NCBI GenBank assembly: GCA_023267375.1
Contig: JAHFNJ010000005.1
Coordinates: forward strand, 1,285-65,284
Source: Candidatus Nomurabacteria bacterium
GTDB taxonomy: Bacteria > Patescibacteriota > Minisyncoccia > Phycocordibacterales > UBA9973
Direction of reading: 5' to 3'
DNA length: 64,000 nucleotides
The notes under the pieces are model-generated. The model saw only the letters and a list, made by a program, of their open reading frames with translations, was not told the origin of the DNA and did not search any database. Of the stretch, positions 27,922-37,972 are shown piece after piece. Position 1 is the first letter of the stretch; every line of letters starts with the position of its first letter. The position numbers and the translations under genes were made by a program.

Positions 27922-28539
27922 ATGAATTACACTACATTAGCAAACAAAGAAACAGTACAAAAAGTTGCCGATGCGCTTGCGCTCAGGAACGTAGAGGCTA
28001 TTGTTGTAGAAAATGGTGTAGCGGCAGTTGCGAAACTCAAAGAGCTTATTCCCGCTGGAACTTCTGTCATGAATGGATCCTCAGTAACACTTGAACAGAT
28101 CGGCTTCGTCGATTATTTAAAAGGAGATCAGCATGGTTGGAACAATTTACACAAAGCTATTGTGGAAGAAAAAGATCCTGCCAAACAAGCGGCGTTAAGA
28201 AAACAAGCTTTGCTGTCTGATTATTATCTAGGTAGCGTGCATGCTCTTGCTGAAACAGGCGAATTTGTCATTGCTTCAAACACTGGTAGCCAGTTGCCGC
28301 ATATTGTTTTCAGTTCTGCCAATCTTATTTTTGTGGTGAGTACGAAGAAAATTGTTCCAACACTCTCCGATGCTATGCAGCGACTCATGGAACACGTTGT
28401 TCCACTAGAAGATAAGCATATGCAAGAAAAATACGGTGTTGGCACGGCCGTTAATAAGATTGTTACTTTCAACAACGAGAATCCCATGATGGGAAGGAAG
28501 GTGCGAATGATATTGGTAAACGAGGATTTTGGCTTTTAG
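27922..28539 (+). CDS. LUD (LutC/YkgG-like) domain protein
   Basis: GSSVTLEQIG, DYYLGSVHALAETGE, KKIVPTL..A..R, LVNEDFGF. Confidence 0.85.
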   Translation: MNYTTLANKETVQKVADALALRNVEAIVVENGVAAVAKLKELIPAGTSVMNGSSVTLEQIGFVDYLKGDQHGWNNLHKAIVEEKDPAKQAALRKQALLSDYYLGSVHALAETGEFVIASNTGSQLPHIVFSSANLIFVVSTKKIVPTLSDAMQRLMEHVVPLEDKHMQEKYGVGTAVNKIVTFNNENPMMGRKVRMILVNEDFGF

Positions 28540-28574
28540 CTGAGTCCAAGCAGTGTTTTATTATTTCGCGTCCT

Positions 28575-28606
28575 GAAAAAGAACCCTAGAAATGGGGTTC
28601 TTTTTC
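28575..28606. terminator. Intrinsic terminator
   Basis: gaaaaagaaccc / gggttctttttc. Confidence 0.75.
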
Positions 28607-28646
28607 TGTGTACTGATTGGACCGAGGAACTGGTATAATAGATTGT

Positions 28647-29315
28647 ATGAAAAATAATAATTCAAAGTATTCTACTGTGCGAGGATTTGCGCCAGTAATG
28701 ATTATTCTGGCAGTTGTAGTTGCTGGCAGTATTGTCTATGCAGTAGTATCGCGTGATGTTCTTAAAAGTTTTTTTGAAAAAGGGGACAAGCCGACTTCAG
28801 CACAGTTCAGTACTACGATTGATTCATCAGTGAATCGAAATGACGATCGAAACCTTCTTGGACTCAAAGAGTATAATCCTACGAAGCAGTATCAATCGGG
28901 CGATACTGTTGTTGTCTCACAACCTGTATATCAGGCAAAAATTCTCACTGAAGATCAAAAAGAATTCAAGCTTGATAGCAAGCAAGATGTTACATTTAGA
29001 TGGACGCCGCTGGTGCCCAAACCAAAAGAACCAGTAACCTATCGCTTGAAAGTATGGCAACTCATGCAGGGGCAAACTGGTATACAAGCCATGAAAACAA
29101 ACCAGCCAATCGTTACTAAAGATGTCGATGCTAGTACTGAAGCAACTATCAGCAATATATACACCGGTCCCTGCAAGCCCCCATATCTCTGTGATTTTGT
29201 CTGGAGTGTTGAAGTGCTAACAAAAAATAATGCTGATACGGGAACGAGTGGAGGATCAGCAACCGGCGTGATAGATGCATCTATTTCTTCTGACGGTACT
29301 GCTACAACTAGATAA
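28647..29315 (+). CDS. Membrane-anchored hypothetical protein with pilin-like leader and Bacteroidota-like motifs
   Basis: RG-FAPVMIILAVVV; LKSFFEKGDKPT..QF...IDS; FRWTP...VTYRLKVWQL. Confidence 0.65.
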   Translation: MKNNNSKYSTVRGFAPVMIILAVVVAGSIVYAVVSRDVLKSFFEKGDKPTSAQFSTTIDSSVNRNDDRNLLGLKEYNPTKQYQSGDTVVVSQPVYQAKILTEDQKEFKLDSKQDVTFRWTPLVPKPKEPVTYRLKVWQLMQGQTGIQAMKTNQPIVTKDVDASTEATISNIYTGPCKPPYLCDFVWSVEVLTKNNADTGTSGGSATGVIDASISSDGTATTR

Positions 29316-29359
29316 TACAATTACTAACGTATTGAGTAGGGAATTGGTATAATAAAAAC

Positions 29360-32300
29360 ATGAAAAATAAAACTACGCTTTTGGTTCTCGGCGGAATTAT
29401 AGTTATTGCAGTCATTCTTTCGACTGACCACACATTTGAAAAAACATTGCGTGGCTTAGGTCTTACCGCAGGGAGTGGTGATGCATCACCAGTTCCTTAT
29501 GTCCCAATCAAGCCTACTGTCGTTAATTTTCTAGAAATTACACAGCAAACCGTAAAGGATAATAAAAAAAATATAAAAGCAGATACTCACCCCCCGATGA
29601 TTGTCAGCGTGTTTCCTACTCCCAATGACACACTTTCTGGTATCACCGCTCTGAAGGTTCAGGCTAACGACAATGTTGGTGTCGCAAGTGTGGAATATTT
29701 TGTAGATGGAAAGTCTGTAGGGAAAAGTACTACGCCACCTTTCATTTATATGTGGGATACAACGAAAGTAACCACGGGTTCCTATACATTAGTTGCTAAA
29801 GCTCTTGATCTAAATGGAAACACCACGACATCCCGAGGCATTTCTTTTGCTGTTGATAATAGCGATCCCTTTAATAAGCAGAAGAACAAGAAAAAAGGTG
29901 GGTATCCTCAATTTACGTCATCTGATTTTGCTGGTCAAGAAGGAACATCTGTCTGTGATTGCAATATTGCGGTAGGCCCGAAAGACATCGTGGCTGTGAA
30001 CAACTATAGTATTAGTACGTATGATAAAAATGGTGTGCCGACTACATCAAGCATTAGCCTAGAGAAATTTTTTGATCCAACGAATACCTACATTCCAGGG
30101 GCATTGTTTCAGATGGGTAGTGCGCGAGCCTACTTCGACGACAAGAGTCAGAAGTTTTTTGTTACCTCTATATCAACTTCAAGGACGAGAGCTGACTACA
30201 CATTTCTTGCTGTATCGCAAACAAGTGATCCCACCGGTAACTGGTGGGTCTATCCTTTCTCTCATCCGTGGGATACAGGCAATAATGGGTTTTATAAAGT
30301 TTCCTATCCTCAATTGGGGGTGAATGCAACAATGGTTGTGATAACTGAGAAAGAAGCTGCCGGTGGTGTCCAGTTATTTATAATCGATAAAGCTACTCTT
30401 ATCACTGGAAGTCCGGCCGTATATTCTCTACACAATCGAAACATCAATGAATCTCCTTGGCCACCCCTTACCGATGAATTGCAACTTGCCCCCGTGCGAG
30501 AATACGATGATAATGGTGTACCTTTACCAATGTATCTTGTTGCTCGTTCAGGTAAAGGGGTTGTTATCTATTCTATTAAAGGACCTGCAGCTACTGCTAC
30601 TTTTACAGTAGTAGGTAATGTAATTGGGCCAAAAAGTACGGTACCAGTAGTTATGCCTCCTGCACCTGAGCCACAAGCTGGTGGAATTGATTATGTGCTA
30701 CTCACCAATGGATATTCAGATGTAAGTCCAACCAACAATTTTGTAAATGATCCAGTTCTTCGGAATAATTCTCTTTACTATACATACAATATAAATCCTA
30801 CAACTGGTGGAGGCACAGGTCCCTCTCGTATATCAGTATATTGGGCGCAAATTGATATGTCAGCAGTTCCTTCTGGCGGAGCTCCTATTTTTGTTCAAGA
30901 CGGTCTTGCTGCAGATGATCCGACAGGGAATATGAACTATCTTTTCCCCGCCCTTTCTGTAAATGAGTGTAACGATGTAGGAATTGGATTTTCTGGTTCA
31001 TCATCCACTACTTTTCCAAGCACGTACTACACAAGCAGAGCTTCGGGTGACCCGCTTGGATATATGTCCGCACCAACGTTAGGGCATGCTGGTTTATCTA
31101 CGTTCTCTTCTTCTACTATGTGGCCTTTTTCAGATTGGGGACGTTACAGTGGAACCCATGTTGATTCTAGTGATAACTCATTTTGGACATTCCAACCTTT
31201 TTCTCCATCTCCTGATGTAGGAAAATCAATAAGTTCACGTTGGGCAGGTTGGATAAATAATTTTTCAGTGCCGTCAGTACTAGGTGTTCCAACCTTTACT
31301 ACTAGATATATCAACTGGCCAGTCAATTCAGTAAATCCTGCAAGTACGACTGGACTCAATAGTCCTACTAACGTACTTGTTGATGCAGCGAACCAACGGA
31401 TCTTTGTGTCTGACACAAACAACAATCGCGTGGTTGTTTTTAAACAATCATGTGGTAAATATATGGTGCAGTATTCTCTTGGTCAACCAACACTTACTTC
31501 AAACTATGAAAACTGGGACGGAGTAACTGCGCAAAGCAACGTAGCTGCTTCTCAGTACGGACTATCATATCCAGGAGGGCTTGCATATGATGCTGTTCGA
31601 AAAATTCTTTTCGTTGCGGACTCCAACAACCGTGTAGTGACATTTAATGTTGACCCTGCAACCATGACTACTGGTGAGCCCGCTTCGTATGTACTCTTTG
31701 GTCAACCGAACTTTACTGCAGTGCAAGTGAATGCAGGGAATCTTAACCCTACTGCCAATTCTCTCTGGGATCCTCGCGGGCTTTTGTATGATGATGCAAA
31801 CAAAATGCTCTATATTGTTGATCGTAACAATAGTCGTGTTCTCGGAGTAGGTGTCACAACACTTTCTAACGATATGTCTGCTACCTCTATACTCGGTCAA
31901 CCAGTATTCACTTCAAATGTTCCAACAGTAACTCCTACTGGTTTGTGGGGTCCAGAGTTTGCTGTTATCGATAAAACGGGTCACTTCCTGTACATCTCTG
32001 ATACTGGTTCAAGTCGAGTGCTCGCGTACCCACTCACTGCTGGCAATCAGCTCATGACGCCAATAGGTCAAGCTGCTTCGGTTGTTCTTGGTCAGACAAG
32101 TTTTACAACACAGATGCCAAATGGTGGACCAACGGGAACATGGACGTTGCCGCCGACACAATCAAGTTTATATATCCCGTATGGACTTGCGTTTGATCAA
32201 ACAAAAAAACTCCTCTACGTCGCTGATCCGGGTAACAACTGGGACAGCTATACTGCATCAAACAATCGCATTATGGTATTTAATATGTCGAGTGGTCCTT

Positions 32301-32539
32301 CTACGAATATGTTGGCTTCGTACGAGCTGGGGCAGTCAAGCTTTACTGCTTCAGGTATTGATGGTGGTCTTGGAGGACCAAATGCGAAAGGTTTACATGC
32401 ACCGTTTGGAATTGACTTCGATCCTGCAACTGGGAAACTCTTTGTTGCAGAACAAGATAACAACATCATCAAGATCTTTGATGTGACAACTCTCTCTAAC
32501 TATATGTCTGCTGTGGATGAGATTGGACAGCCGCATTAG
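29360..32539 (+). CDS. Large surface protein with Ig-like (Big_7-type) domain and NHL repeats
   Basis: ANDNVGVASVEYFVDG...PF.Y.WDTT; repeated L..P.GLA.D....L.VAD.NNRV and LGQ..FT. Confidence 0.8.
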   Translation: MKNKTTLLVLGGIIVIAVILSTDHTFEKTLRGLGLTAGSGDASPVPYVPIKPTVVNFLEITQQTVKDNKKNIKADTHPPMIVSVFPTPNDTLSGITALKVQANDNVGVASVEYFVDGKSVGKSTTPPFIYMWDTTKVTTGSYTLVAKALDLNGNTTTSRGISFAVDNSDPFNKQKNKKKGGYPQFTSSDFAGQEGTSVCDCNIAVGPKDIVAVNNYSISTYDKNGVPTTSSISLEKFFDPTNTYIPGALFQMGSARAYFDDKSQKFFVTSISTSRTRADYTFLAVSQTSDPTGNWWVYPFSHPWDTGNNGFYKVSYPQLGVNATMVVITEKEAAGGVQLFIIDKATLITGSPAVYSLHNRNINESPWPPLTDELQLAPVREYDDNGVPLPMYLVARSGKGVVIYSIKGPAATATFTVVGNVIGPKSTVPVVMPPAPEPQAGGIDYVLLTNGYSDVSPTNNFVNDPVLRNNSLYYTYNINPTTGGGTGPSRISVYWAQIDMSAVPSGGAPIFVQDGLAADDPTGNMNYLFPALSVNECNDVGIGFSGSSSTTFPSTYYTSRASGDPLGYMSAPTLGHAGLSTFSSSTMWPFSDWGRYSGTHVDSSDNSFWTFQPFSPSPDVGKSISSRWAGWINNFSVPSVLGVPTFTTRYINWPVNSVNPASTTGLNSPTNVLVDAANQRIFVSDTNNNRVVVFKQSCGKYMVQYSLGQPTLTSNYENWDGVTAQSNVAASQYGLSYPGGLAYDAVRKILFVADSNNRVVTFNVDPATMTTGEPASYVLFGQPNFTAVQVNAGNLNPTANSLWDPRGLLYDDANKMLYIVDRNNSRVLGVGVTTLSNDMSATSILGQPVFTSNVPTVTPTGLWGPEFAVIDKTGHFLYISDTGSSRVLAYPLTAGNQLMTPIGQAASVVLGQTSFTTQMPNGGPTGTWTLPPTQSSLYIPYGLAFDQTKKLLYVADPGNNWDSYTASNNRIMVFNMSSGPSTNMLASYELGQSSFTASGIDGGLGGPNAKGLHAPFGIDFDPATGKLFVAEQDNNIIKIFDVTTLSNYMSAVDEIGQPH

Positions 32540-32558
32540 TACTGCGATAAGCCGAAAG

Positions 32559-32596
32559 AAAAAAGCCTCGGTGCAAAATGCACCGAGGTCTTTTTT
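32559..32596. terminator. Bidirectional terminator between convergent genes
   Basis: cctcggtgca-aaa-tgcaccgagg flanked by A and T runs. Confidence 0.8.
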
Positions 32597-32612
32597 ATTG
32601 AGCACTGAATAT

Positions 32613-34172
32613 TTATTTTTTTATCAGTGTTTTTGAAACTGTTTTTCCTCGGGTGCGTACCTGTATGTGGTACACACCAGAAGACAATGAACTTATGGGG
32701 AGTACAATCGATTGAGTACTGAGAGTTTCTTTTTGAAGCACTGGTTGCCCAAAAGAATTAAAGATTTCGATCGTTCCTGTAAGTGGAGCATTAGATTCAA
32801 CAGTAACGTACTGTTCTGCCGGAAATATTTTTATTTCAGAATGTTCTGACTCAAAAATGTCCGTCGGAAGTTCTGCTCCCAAAAATACTAGCCATGCACT
32901 TGATCCAGTGTGGTTCGAATTGATGTCTCCATCAGTTGACCAGGTGGTTCCACCGATAATAAGATCGTCAGTTGTTGTTTCCACAACTCCCCGCGCTTCA
33001 TCATCGGCTGTTCCGCCAAGAGACTTTTGCCACATGAGCGACCCCATGTTGTCTACGCTGACGATCCAGTAGTCATAACCGCCATGATTGAGAGTTGTAT
33101 TGCCGTTCCAGGAATTGCTTTTTCCGGCAACAATAAAGTCACCATTTTTTCTCTCAATTACTGAATAGGCAACATCAGTGCCACTACCCCCCAGACATTT
33201 CTGCCACTGTAGATTTCCATCGGCTTCAATTTTGATTACCCAATAATCCGTGTTGCCATGGTTACCGGTGACATCGCTGTCATTTGAAGCTGTAGATCCG
33301 ACAATAAGGTAGCCACCATCACTCGTCTCCGTCATAGAGTTGGCTTCTTCGTTCCCCGAACCGCCGTAGCATCGCTGCCACAGGATAACGCCATTGAAAT
33401 CAATCTTGATAATCCAGAAATCTGAACCTCCATTATTGTCGGTGACATCACCATCAGTTGAAGTGGTAGAGCCAGCGATGATATAACCACCGTCTGTGGT
33501 GGTGGCAATACAATTGCCAAGATCATCACCTGTACCGCCATAACATTTGCTGGTAATGGGGGACATGGTGTATGTCCTTTTTATGAAGAAAACATCTTTG
33601 CTGGCGACCTCGTGATTTTTTGGAACATCAAAGCTGTTGCTTGAAGTTGTCCATCCGACAGCAGTATAACTTTCGTCGCTCGCATTTTGAACAATGTCTT
33701 TAAAAACATCGTAAACGGATCCGCCGATTGTTTTTACCCCGGCATTCGTACCAAAGAGTGTGGTGCCGCTCATAAGTCCATTCACTGGACCGTTCTTTTC
33801 CCAGATATCTCCGGTATAAGCGATCGAGCCTGTGCTGCCAATTGCCTTACAGCCGACAAATGAATTAGCTTCATGGCGATACGGAATGACAGAAAACAGT
33901 GTGTCGTTCCCATTTCCACCAATAGCGAGATGCCATGTTTCATTACCCAGACTATCTGTCAGGATGTAATAAAAATCAGTGCCTGCCCCGTGATATTGCG
34001 TAGAGTAGGTTATTCCTCCGATGACAAAAGTGCCACCAGGATTTTGTTTGATGGAGAAGCACATCGTACTGTCTCCATACAAGCGTCCCCACTTTACATG
34101 AGGAACTTGTTGGGCAAAAACTTCGCCATCGAAGGCGAGGAATGTGAAGAGAATTACTAGTATTTTTTTCAT
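32613..34172 (-). CDS. Secreted beta-propeller repeat protein with T9SS (Por) C-terminal sorting-domain-like tail
   Basis: MKK signal peptide; WQK.LGG...D.A.S repeats; C-terminus IEIFNSFGQPV...ISSLSSGVYHIQV...KTLIKK. Confidence 0.8.
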   Translation of the reverse strand: MKKILVILFTFLAFDGEVFAQQVPHVKWGRLYGDSTMCFSIKQNPGGTFVIGGITYSTQYHGAGTDFYYILTDSLGNETWHLAIGGNGNDTLFSVIPYRHEANSFVGCKAIGSTGSIAYTGDIWEKNGPVNGLMSGTTLFGTNAGVKTIGGSVYDVFKDIVQNASDESYTAVGWTTSSNSFDVPKNHEVASKDVFFIKRTYTMSPITSKCYGGTGDDLGNCIATTTDGGYIIAGSTTSTDGDVTDNNGGSDFWIIKIDFNGVILWQRCYGGSGNEEANSMTETSDGGYLIVGSTASNDSDVTGNHGNTDYWVIKIEADGNLQWQKCLGGSGTDVAYSVIERKNGDFIVAGKSNSWNGNTTLNHGGYDYWIVSVDNMGSLMWQKSLGGTADDEARGVVETTTDDLIIGGTTWSTDGDINSNHTGSSAWLVFLGAELPTDIFESEHSEIKIFPAEQYVTVESNAPLTGTIEIFNSFGQPVLQKETLSTQSIVLPISSLSSGVYHIQVRTRGKTVSKTLIKK

Positions 34173-34303
34173 GGTTACAAAGAATTTTGATTGGTTAGTT
34201 TGCAACTATAATACTACATTTATATGACTATGTCAATATTCTGTTATTGTTCACTATACTTTGCAACCTCCTTAATCTAGTGAGAACTGATATAATGGAA
34301 TGT

Positions 34304-35203
34304 ATGAAAAATAAAAAACAAGTCATATCAATCGCAGCTATTTTCCTGTTATTAGTGTTTATTGCATCTGCTTTGAGTAAAAATAATGATAGTAATCAGT
34401 TGGGAGCAGCAGCACTTAAGCCGGGAATCGCTAATGGGATATATGTCGTGAATGCGGAAAGTAGTACATTGCTCCGGTCGCTCGATGAGGGAAAAACATG
34501 GAAAGAGGTAGCGAACAGCAGTTCGTTGTATAGACCGTATGGCGTTGCTGTTTCAACCTCAGGAGTTATCTATGTAACTGATGCAGGTAATTTGAAAGTT
34601 CTCAAATCAATAGATGGTGGTACTACCTGGACTGATACGACGAACAATATGCAGACAATGGGTCCATTCGCTGTTGCAACTTCTGGGAAAAACATTGTGT
34701 ACGTTACTGACGGCATCGGCAACAGGATTTTTAAATCAGTTGATGCCGGAGCTTCGTGGGTGGATATAACCAATAATGCCGTCCTTAATCATCCATTTGG
34801 GATAGCTGTCGGTCCAGCAGGGGCCGTATATGTGACGAACTACAGCGTTAATACTATTTTTAAATCAACAAACGGGGGCGCTAGCTGGACAGAAATTACC
34901 AATGGCGGAGCATTCAATATCCCTGGCGGAGTAGCTGTCGGGCCAAATGGAACAGTGTACGTTACGAATACAGGAAACAATACTGTCTTAAAATCAACGA
35001 ACGGCGGAACGACATGGACTGATACAACGAATGGAGGAGCATTCTATGTGCCACTTGCAATCGCTACTGCTGGTCCTGGGGTGGTGTATGTTTCAAACTA
35101 CGATGGCAATAAGATATTAAAATCTACAAACAGTGGAGGAACTTGGATTGATATATCCAACGGTGGCGCCTTCAGTCTTCCCGCGGGAATTGGTATCCGT
35201 TGA
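34304..35203 (+). CDS. Secreted beta-propeller with Asp-box (BNR) and NHL-like repeats
   Basis: Six S.(D/N).G.(T/S)W boxes alternating with P.GIAV...G.VYVT. Confidence 0.8.
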   Translation: MKNKKQVISIAAIFLLLVFIASALSKNNDSNQLGAAALKPGIANGIYVVNAESSTLLRSLDEGKTWKEVANSSSLYRPYGVAVSTSGVIYVTDAGNLKVLKSIDGGTTWTDTTNNMQTMGPFAVATSGKNIVYVTDGIGNRIFKSVDAGASWVDITNNAVLNHPFGIAVGPAGAVYVTNYSVNTIFKSTNGGASWTEITNGGAFNIPGGVAVGPNGTVYVTNTGNNTVLKSTNGGTTWTDTTNGGAFYVPLAIATAGPGVVYVSNYDGNKILKSTNSGGTWIDISNGGAFSLPAGIGIR

Positions 35204-35235
35204 GACTCTCAACGTAAATGGTACAATGGTTTTGT

Positions 35236-36762
35236 ATGGAAAATCATGAAGATTTTATAAAACCAAAGCAGGAAGAAAGTTCAGCAAAGAAAGGCATTAA
35301 GCGTTTTTTCAAGAAGGCGCTTTTTGCGACGACTGGGGTAATGATGGCGACTTCGCCGATGGTCTCTGCCAATCCGGAAAAAGGTGAAAATACAGATCAT
35401 GCGAAAAATAAAATAGAAGTGACTTCAGTAACAAGTCCTGAGAAGTTAAAAGAGGCAACAACAATAAACTTTTCCCAGTATTTCGAAACTGACAAGGCTG
35501 AAATTTCACCCGAAAATGCAGAGAAAATTGAGAAAGATTTCGACGAATTCCTTTCAAAGATAAATGCAGAAAATAGTAAACAGCTCCTTGCTTCTTCGTT
35601 TGTGTTGTATGGATCGAGCGATGAACGTCCGACAACGAAATGGGAGAATAATCTAGCGCTTACCAAGGCGAGGCTTTCTGTTGCAGAGCAGATTCTTTCT
35701 CGTGACCTAAAGAAGTATGATTTTTCTAAGCAGGGACTTTCGGTAGCGCAAATTGAGGCGCTCAAAAATCACCCATTTACTTTTAAAGTCGCGAACGAGG
35801 GACAGAAAGAATTTCCAAATGTTGAGGAAGGGACAACTCCATGGACTGCTATTACAAATCCAACTACTGGGAAACCGTATACAGAAGCAGAGAAATCACA
35901 AGCTCTTCAAGAAGCTCGCCAGGTAAAATTTTATGCAGAAATAATCGCTAGTGCTGAGAAAGGAATTGTGGGAAGCGAATCTGATATTTATGATATTCTC
36001 ACACATAAATTTGCTCCGTATTCAAAAGTAGCAGTTCTTGTCGACAACAGTCCTTCGATGATTAATTCTAAAAATTTACTTGCACGGGCGCTCACACGTA
36101 CCAAGGAAAAGCTTCCGCCGTTTATGGTTGGTACTTTTTCAAATACGGTTGATCGGTTAGTAAAAACTAATGATCCTGGTCAAGTACTCAGTAAACAAGT
36201 CATCGGGCAGGGTAGCGGTAATGAGCGTGTGCTCAAATCAATGATTGATGCGTTTGATCTAGGAGCTGGGAATACAAATCTTTCTGAAAAAGAAGTGATG
36301 ATCTTCGTTACCGATGAAGCGGTTCAGGATGCATCGAAAGTGAATTTCGAAGAACTGCAAAAACGGGCGCAGGAGAATAACTGTGATCTCTACATCATTC
36401 TTATTTCTAAAGATGCTAATAAAACAGTGATGCTTCCATTGAGTGAAATAGAAGCATCATATGACAGAGCTTTCGAGCAGGAAATGAGTGTTCTTGAAGA
36501 GCAAATTGCGAAACTCGAAACAAAAATAAAAAATACAAGTGAGAAAATTACTGAGATGCAGAATGAGGATGCTGTCGGAGGTGGAGACATCACTGTCGCT
36601 GAAACCCGTAAGCATATTCTGCAGAAACATCAGGTAATACTGCGCAAGGTTTCAAACGACCTTCAAGAATTGAAAGAGAAAAGAGATTCGATGACGAAGA
36701 AAGATTTTACCGTCACTCGATACAAGGTTGGGGATGAAACGCTCGCAATGAGCGCTATATAA
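35236..36762 (+). CDS. Hypothetical protein with OmpA-C-like and vWA domains and a coiled-coil tail
   Basis: YFETDKAEI...GSSDER....NLALTKAR; VLVDNSPSM (DxSxS); FVTDE. Confidence 0.6.
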   Translation: MENHEDFIKPKQEESSAKKGIKRFFKKALFATTGVMMATSPMVSANPEKGENTDHAKNKIEVTSVTSPEKLKEATTINFSQYFETDKAEISPENAEKIEKDFDEFLSKINAENSKQLLASSFVLYGSSDERPTTKWENNLALTKARLSVAEQILSRDLKKYDFSKQGLSVAQIEALKNHPFTFKVANEGQKEFPNVEEGTTPWTAITNPTTGKPYTEAEKSQALQEARQVKFYAEIIASAEKGIVGSESDIYDILTHKFAPYSKVAVLVDNSPSMINSKNLLARALTRTKEKLPPFMVGTFSNTVDRLVKTNDPGQVLSKQVIGQGSGNERVLKSMIDAFDLGAGNTNLSEKEVMIFVTDEAVQDASKVNFEELQKRAQENNCDLYIILISKDANKTVMLPLSEIEASYDRAFEQEMSVLEEQIAKLETKIKNTSEKITEMQNEDAVGGGDITVAETRKHILQKHQVILRKVSNDLQELKEKRDSMTKKDFTVTRYKVGDETLAMSAI

Positions 36763-36859
36763 CTTTTTTATAAAATGCATTTATACAACCTAAAAAGGCC
36801 TCATTCTAAGGGGTTTTTGGCTGGTTGTTGTTCGTTCGTTTTAATGACATAATCTTGGT

Positions 36860-37969
36860 ATGGAAAACAACAGTGGCGGTGGATTTGAACGGTATATCTA
36901 TGGATACAAACGTGCAAAACAGGAAGCCGGAAAGGTGGGAGAAGAGACGAAAGGGATAGAAGTAAAAGAGTTTGGCCCGATTGATACAGAGATCAATGGC
37001 TATTTTTTTGAACTCCAGTCGCGTCTTGAGAAAAAAGCAGAAAAAGAAGGTGGGCGATTCAATTACAATACCTACGCCGAAACACTCTGGAAGGAGGTGC
37101 TCGATGGTGGCCAGTCACCAGAACGATTGCAAACTTTCAATAACTTATTGGTCCGAGAGCTACATAAGATAGATATGACTGAACATGTCTACGAACACGT
37201 ACAGCAAAGTTTGATTGATCTCGTAGAACAGTACTCTGATAAGGTAAAAAATATTGCACTCTGGTCAACGGGGGATACTTCGACAACGGGGTATCAGGCG
37301 GGTAAAATCCATAGTGCAGAAATTATTAAGAATTATCTTGCCGCGGTACGGGAATTAAAGAAACCCAAAATTCAGAAAGGTCAAGATAATAAAAAAGAAA
37401 AAACAGCGGATCAGAAATATCTTGATGAAAAAACTGCATACATGGTAGACGATAATAAATTCTCGCGACTCGTGAGTTTTATGGAAGGTAAAATTCCAAG
37501 CGAAGGTGATGAAAAAGTGAAAATAGTTATCATTGAAGATTCCCGAGGCAATTTTGCTAAGGCAGAAAAAGCGCTAACAGCACAGCTTGGAGAAAAAATG
37601 AAAAATGTAGAAATAATTCCAATCTGGGCTGCGTATAGTCGGGAGGGGATACAGGCACAAGAAAAAGCACAAAAGGATGCAAATCCAGATGAAGCGATCG
37701 AAAGACTTCATGATGAAAAAGAGAAGCTCAATACAATTCACAGTTTCAAAGAACTAAAAGGCGAAAAATTTCAGGAGATACTCTCGGATGCGTATGTCTT
37801 TGTCGATTTTGATGGGGTCATCGGTAACAATGTCACCATGCGCCAGAGCCAAGCACGGGCAATTTATGATTCGTTGATGACTACTGTTGTTGATGAGAAT
37901 CATACAGAAGAAAAAATAAAACAAGAAATGATCGAACGGATTAGGAGTATGAAAGAGTCTTCAAAATAA
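36860..37969 (+). CDS. Hypothetical protein, HAD-like (apparently circularly permuted)
   Basis: LWSTGD, IIEDS, and FVDFDGVI located near the C-terminus. Confidence 0.55.
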   Translation: MENNSGGGFERYIYGYKRAKQEAGKVGEETKGIEVKEFGPIDTEINGYFFELQSRLEKKAEKEGGRFNYNTYAETLWKEVLDGGQSPERLQTFNNLLVRELHKIDMTEHVYEHVQQSLIDLVEQYSDKVKNIALWSTGDTSTTGYQAGKIHSAEIIKNYLAAVRELKKPKIQKGQDNKKEKTADQKYLDEKTAYMVDDNKFSRLVSFMEGKIPSEGDEKVKIVIIEDSRGNFAKAEKALTAQLGEKMKNVEIIPIWAAYSREGIQAQEKAQKDANPDEAIERLHDEKEKLNTIHSFKELKGEKFQEILSDAYVFVDFDGVIGNNVTMRQSQARAIYDSLMTTVVDENHTEEKIKQEMIERIRSMKESSK

Positions 37970-37972
37970 TCT

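Noticed and set aside
24210-37969. Integrase-driven genomic island at tRNA-Asp
   Set aside because: No integrase gene, and I did not find a distal copy of the tRNA-Asp 3' end beyond 24387.
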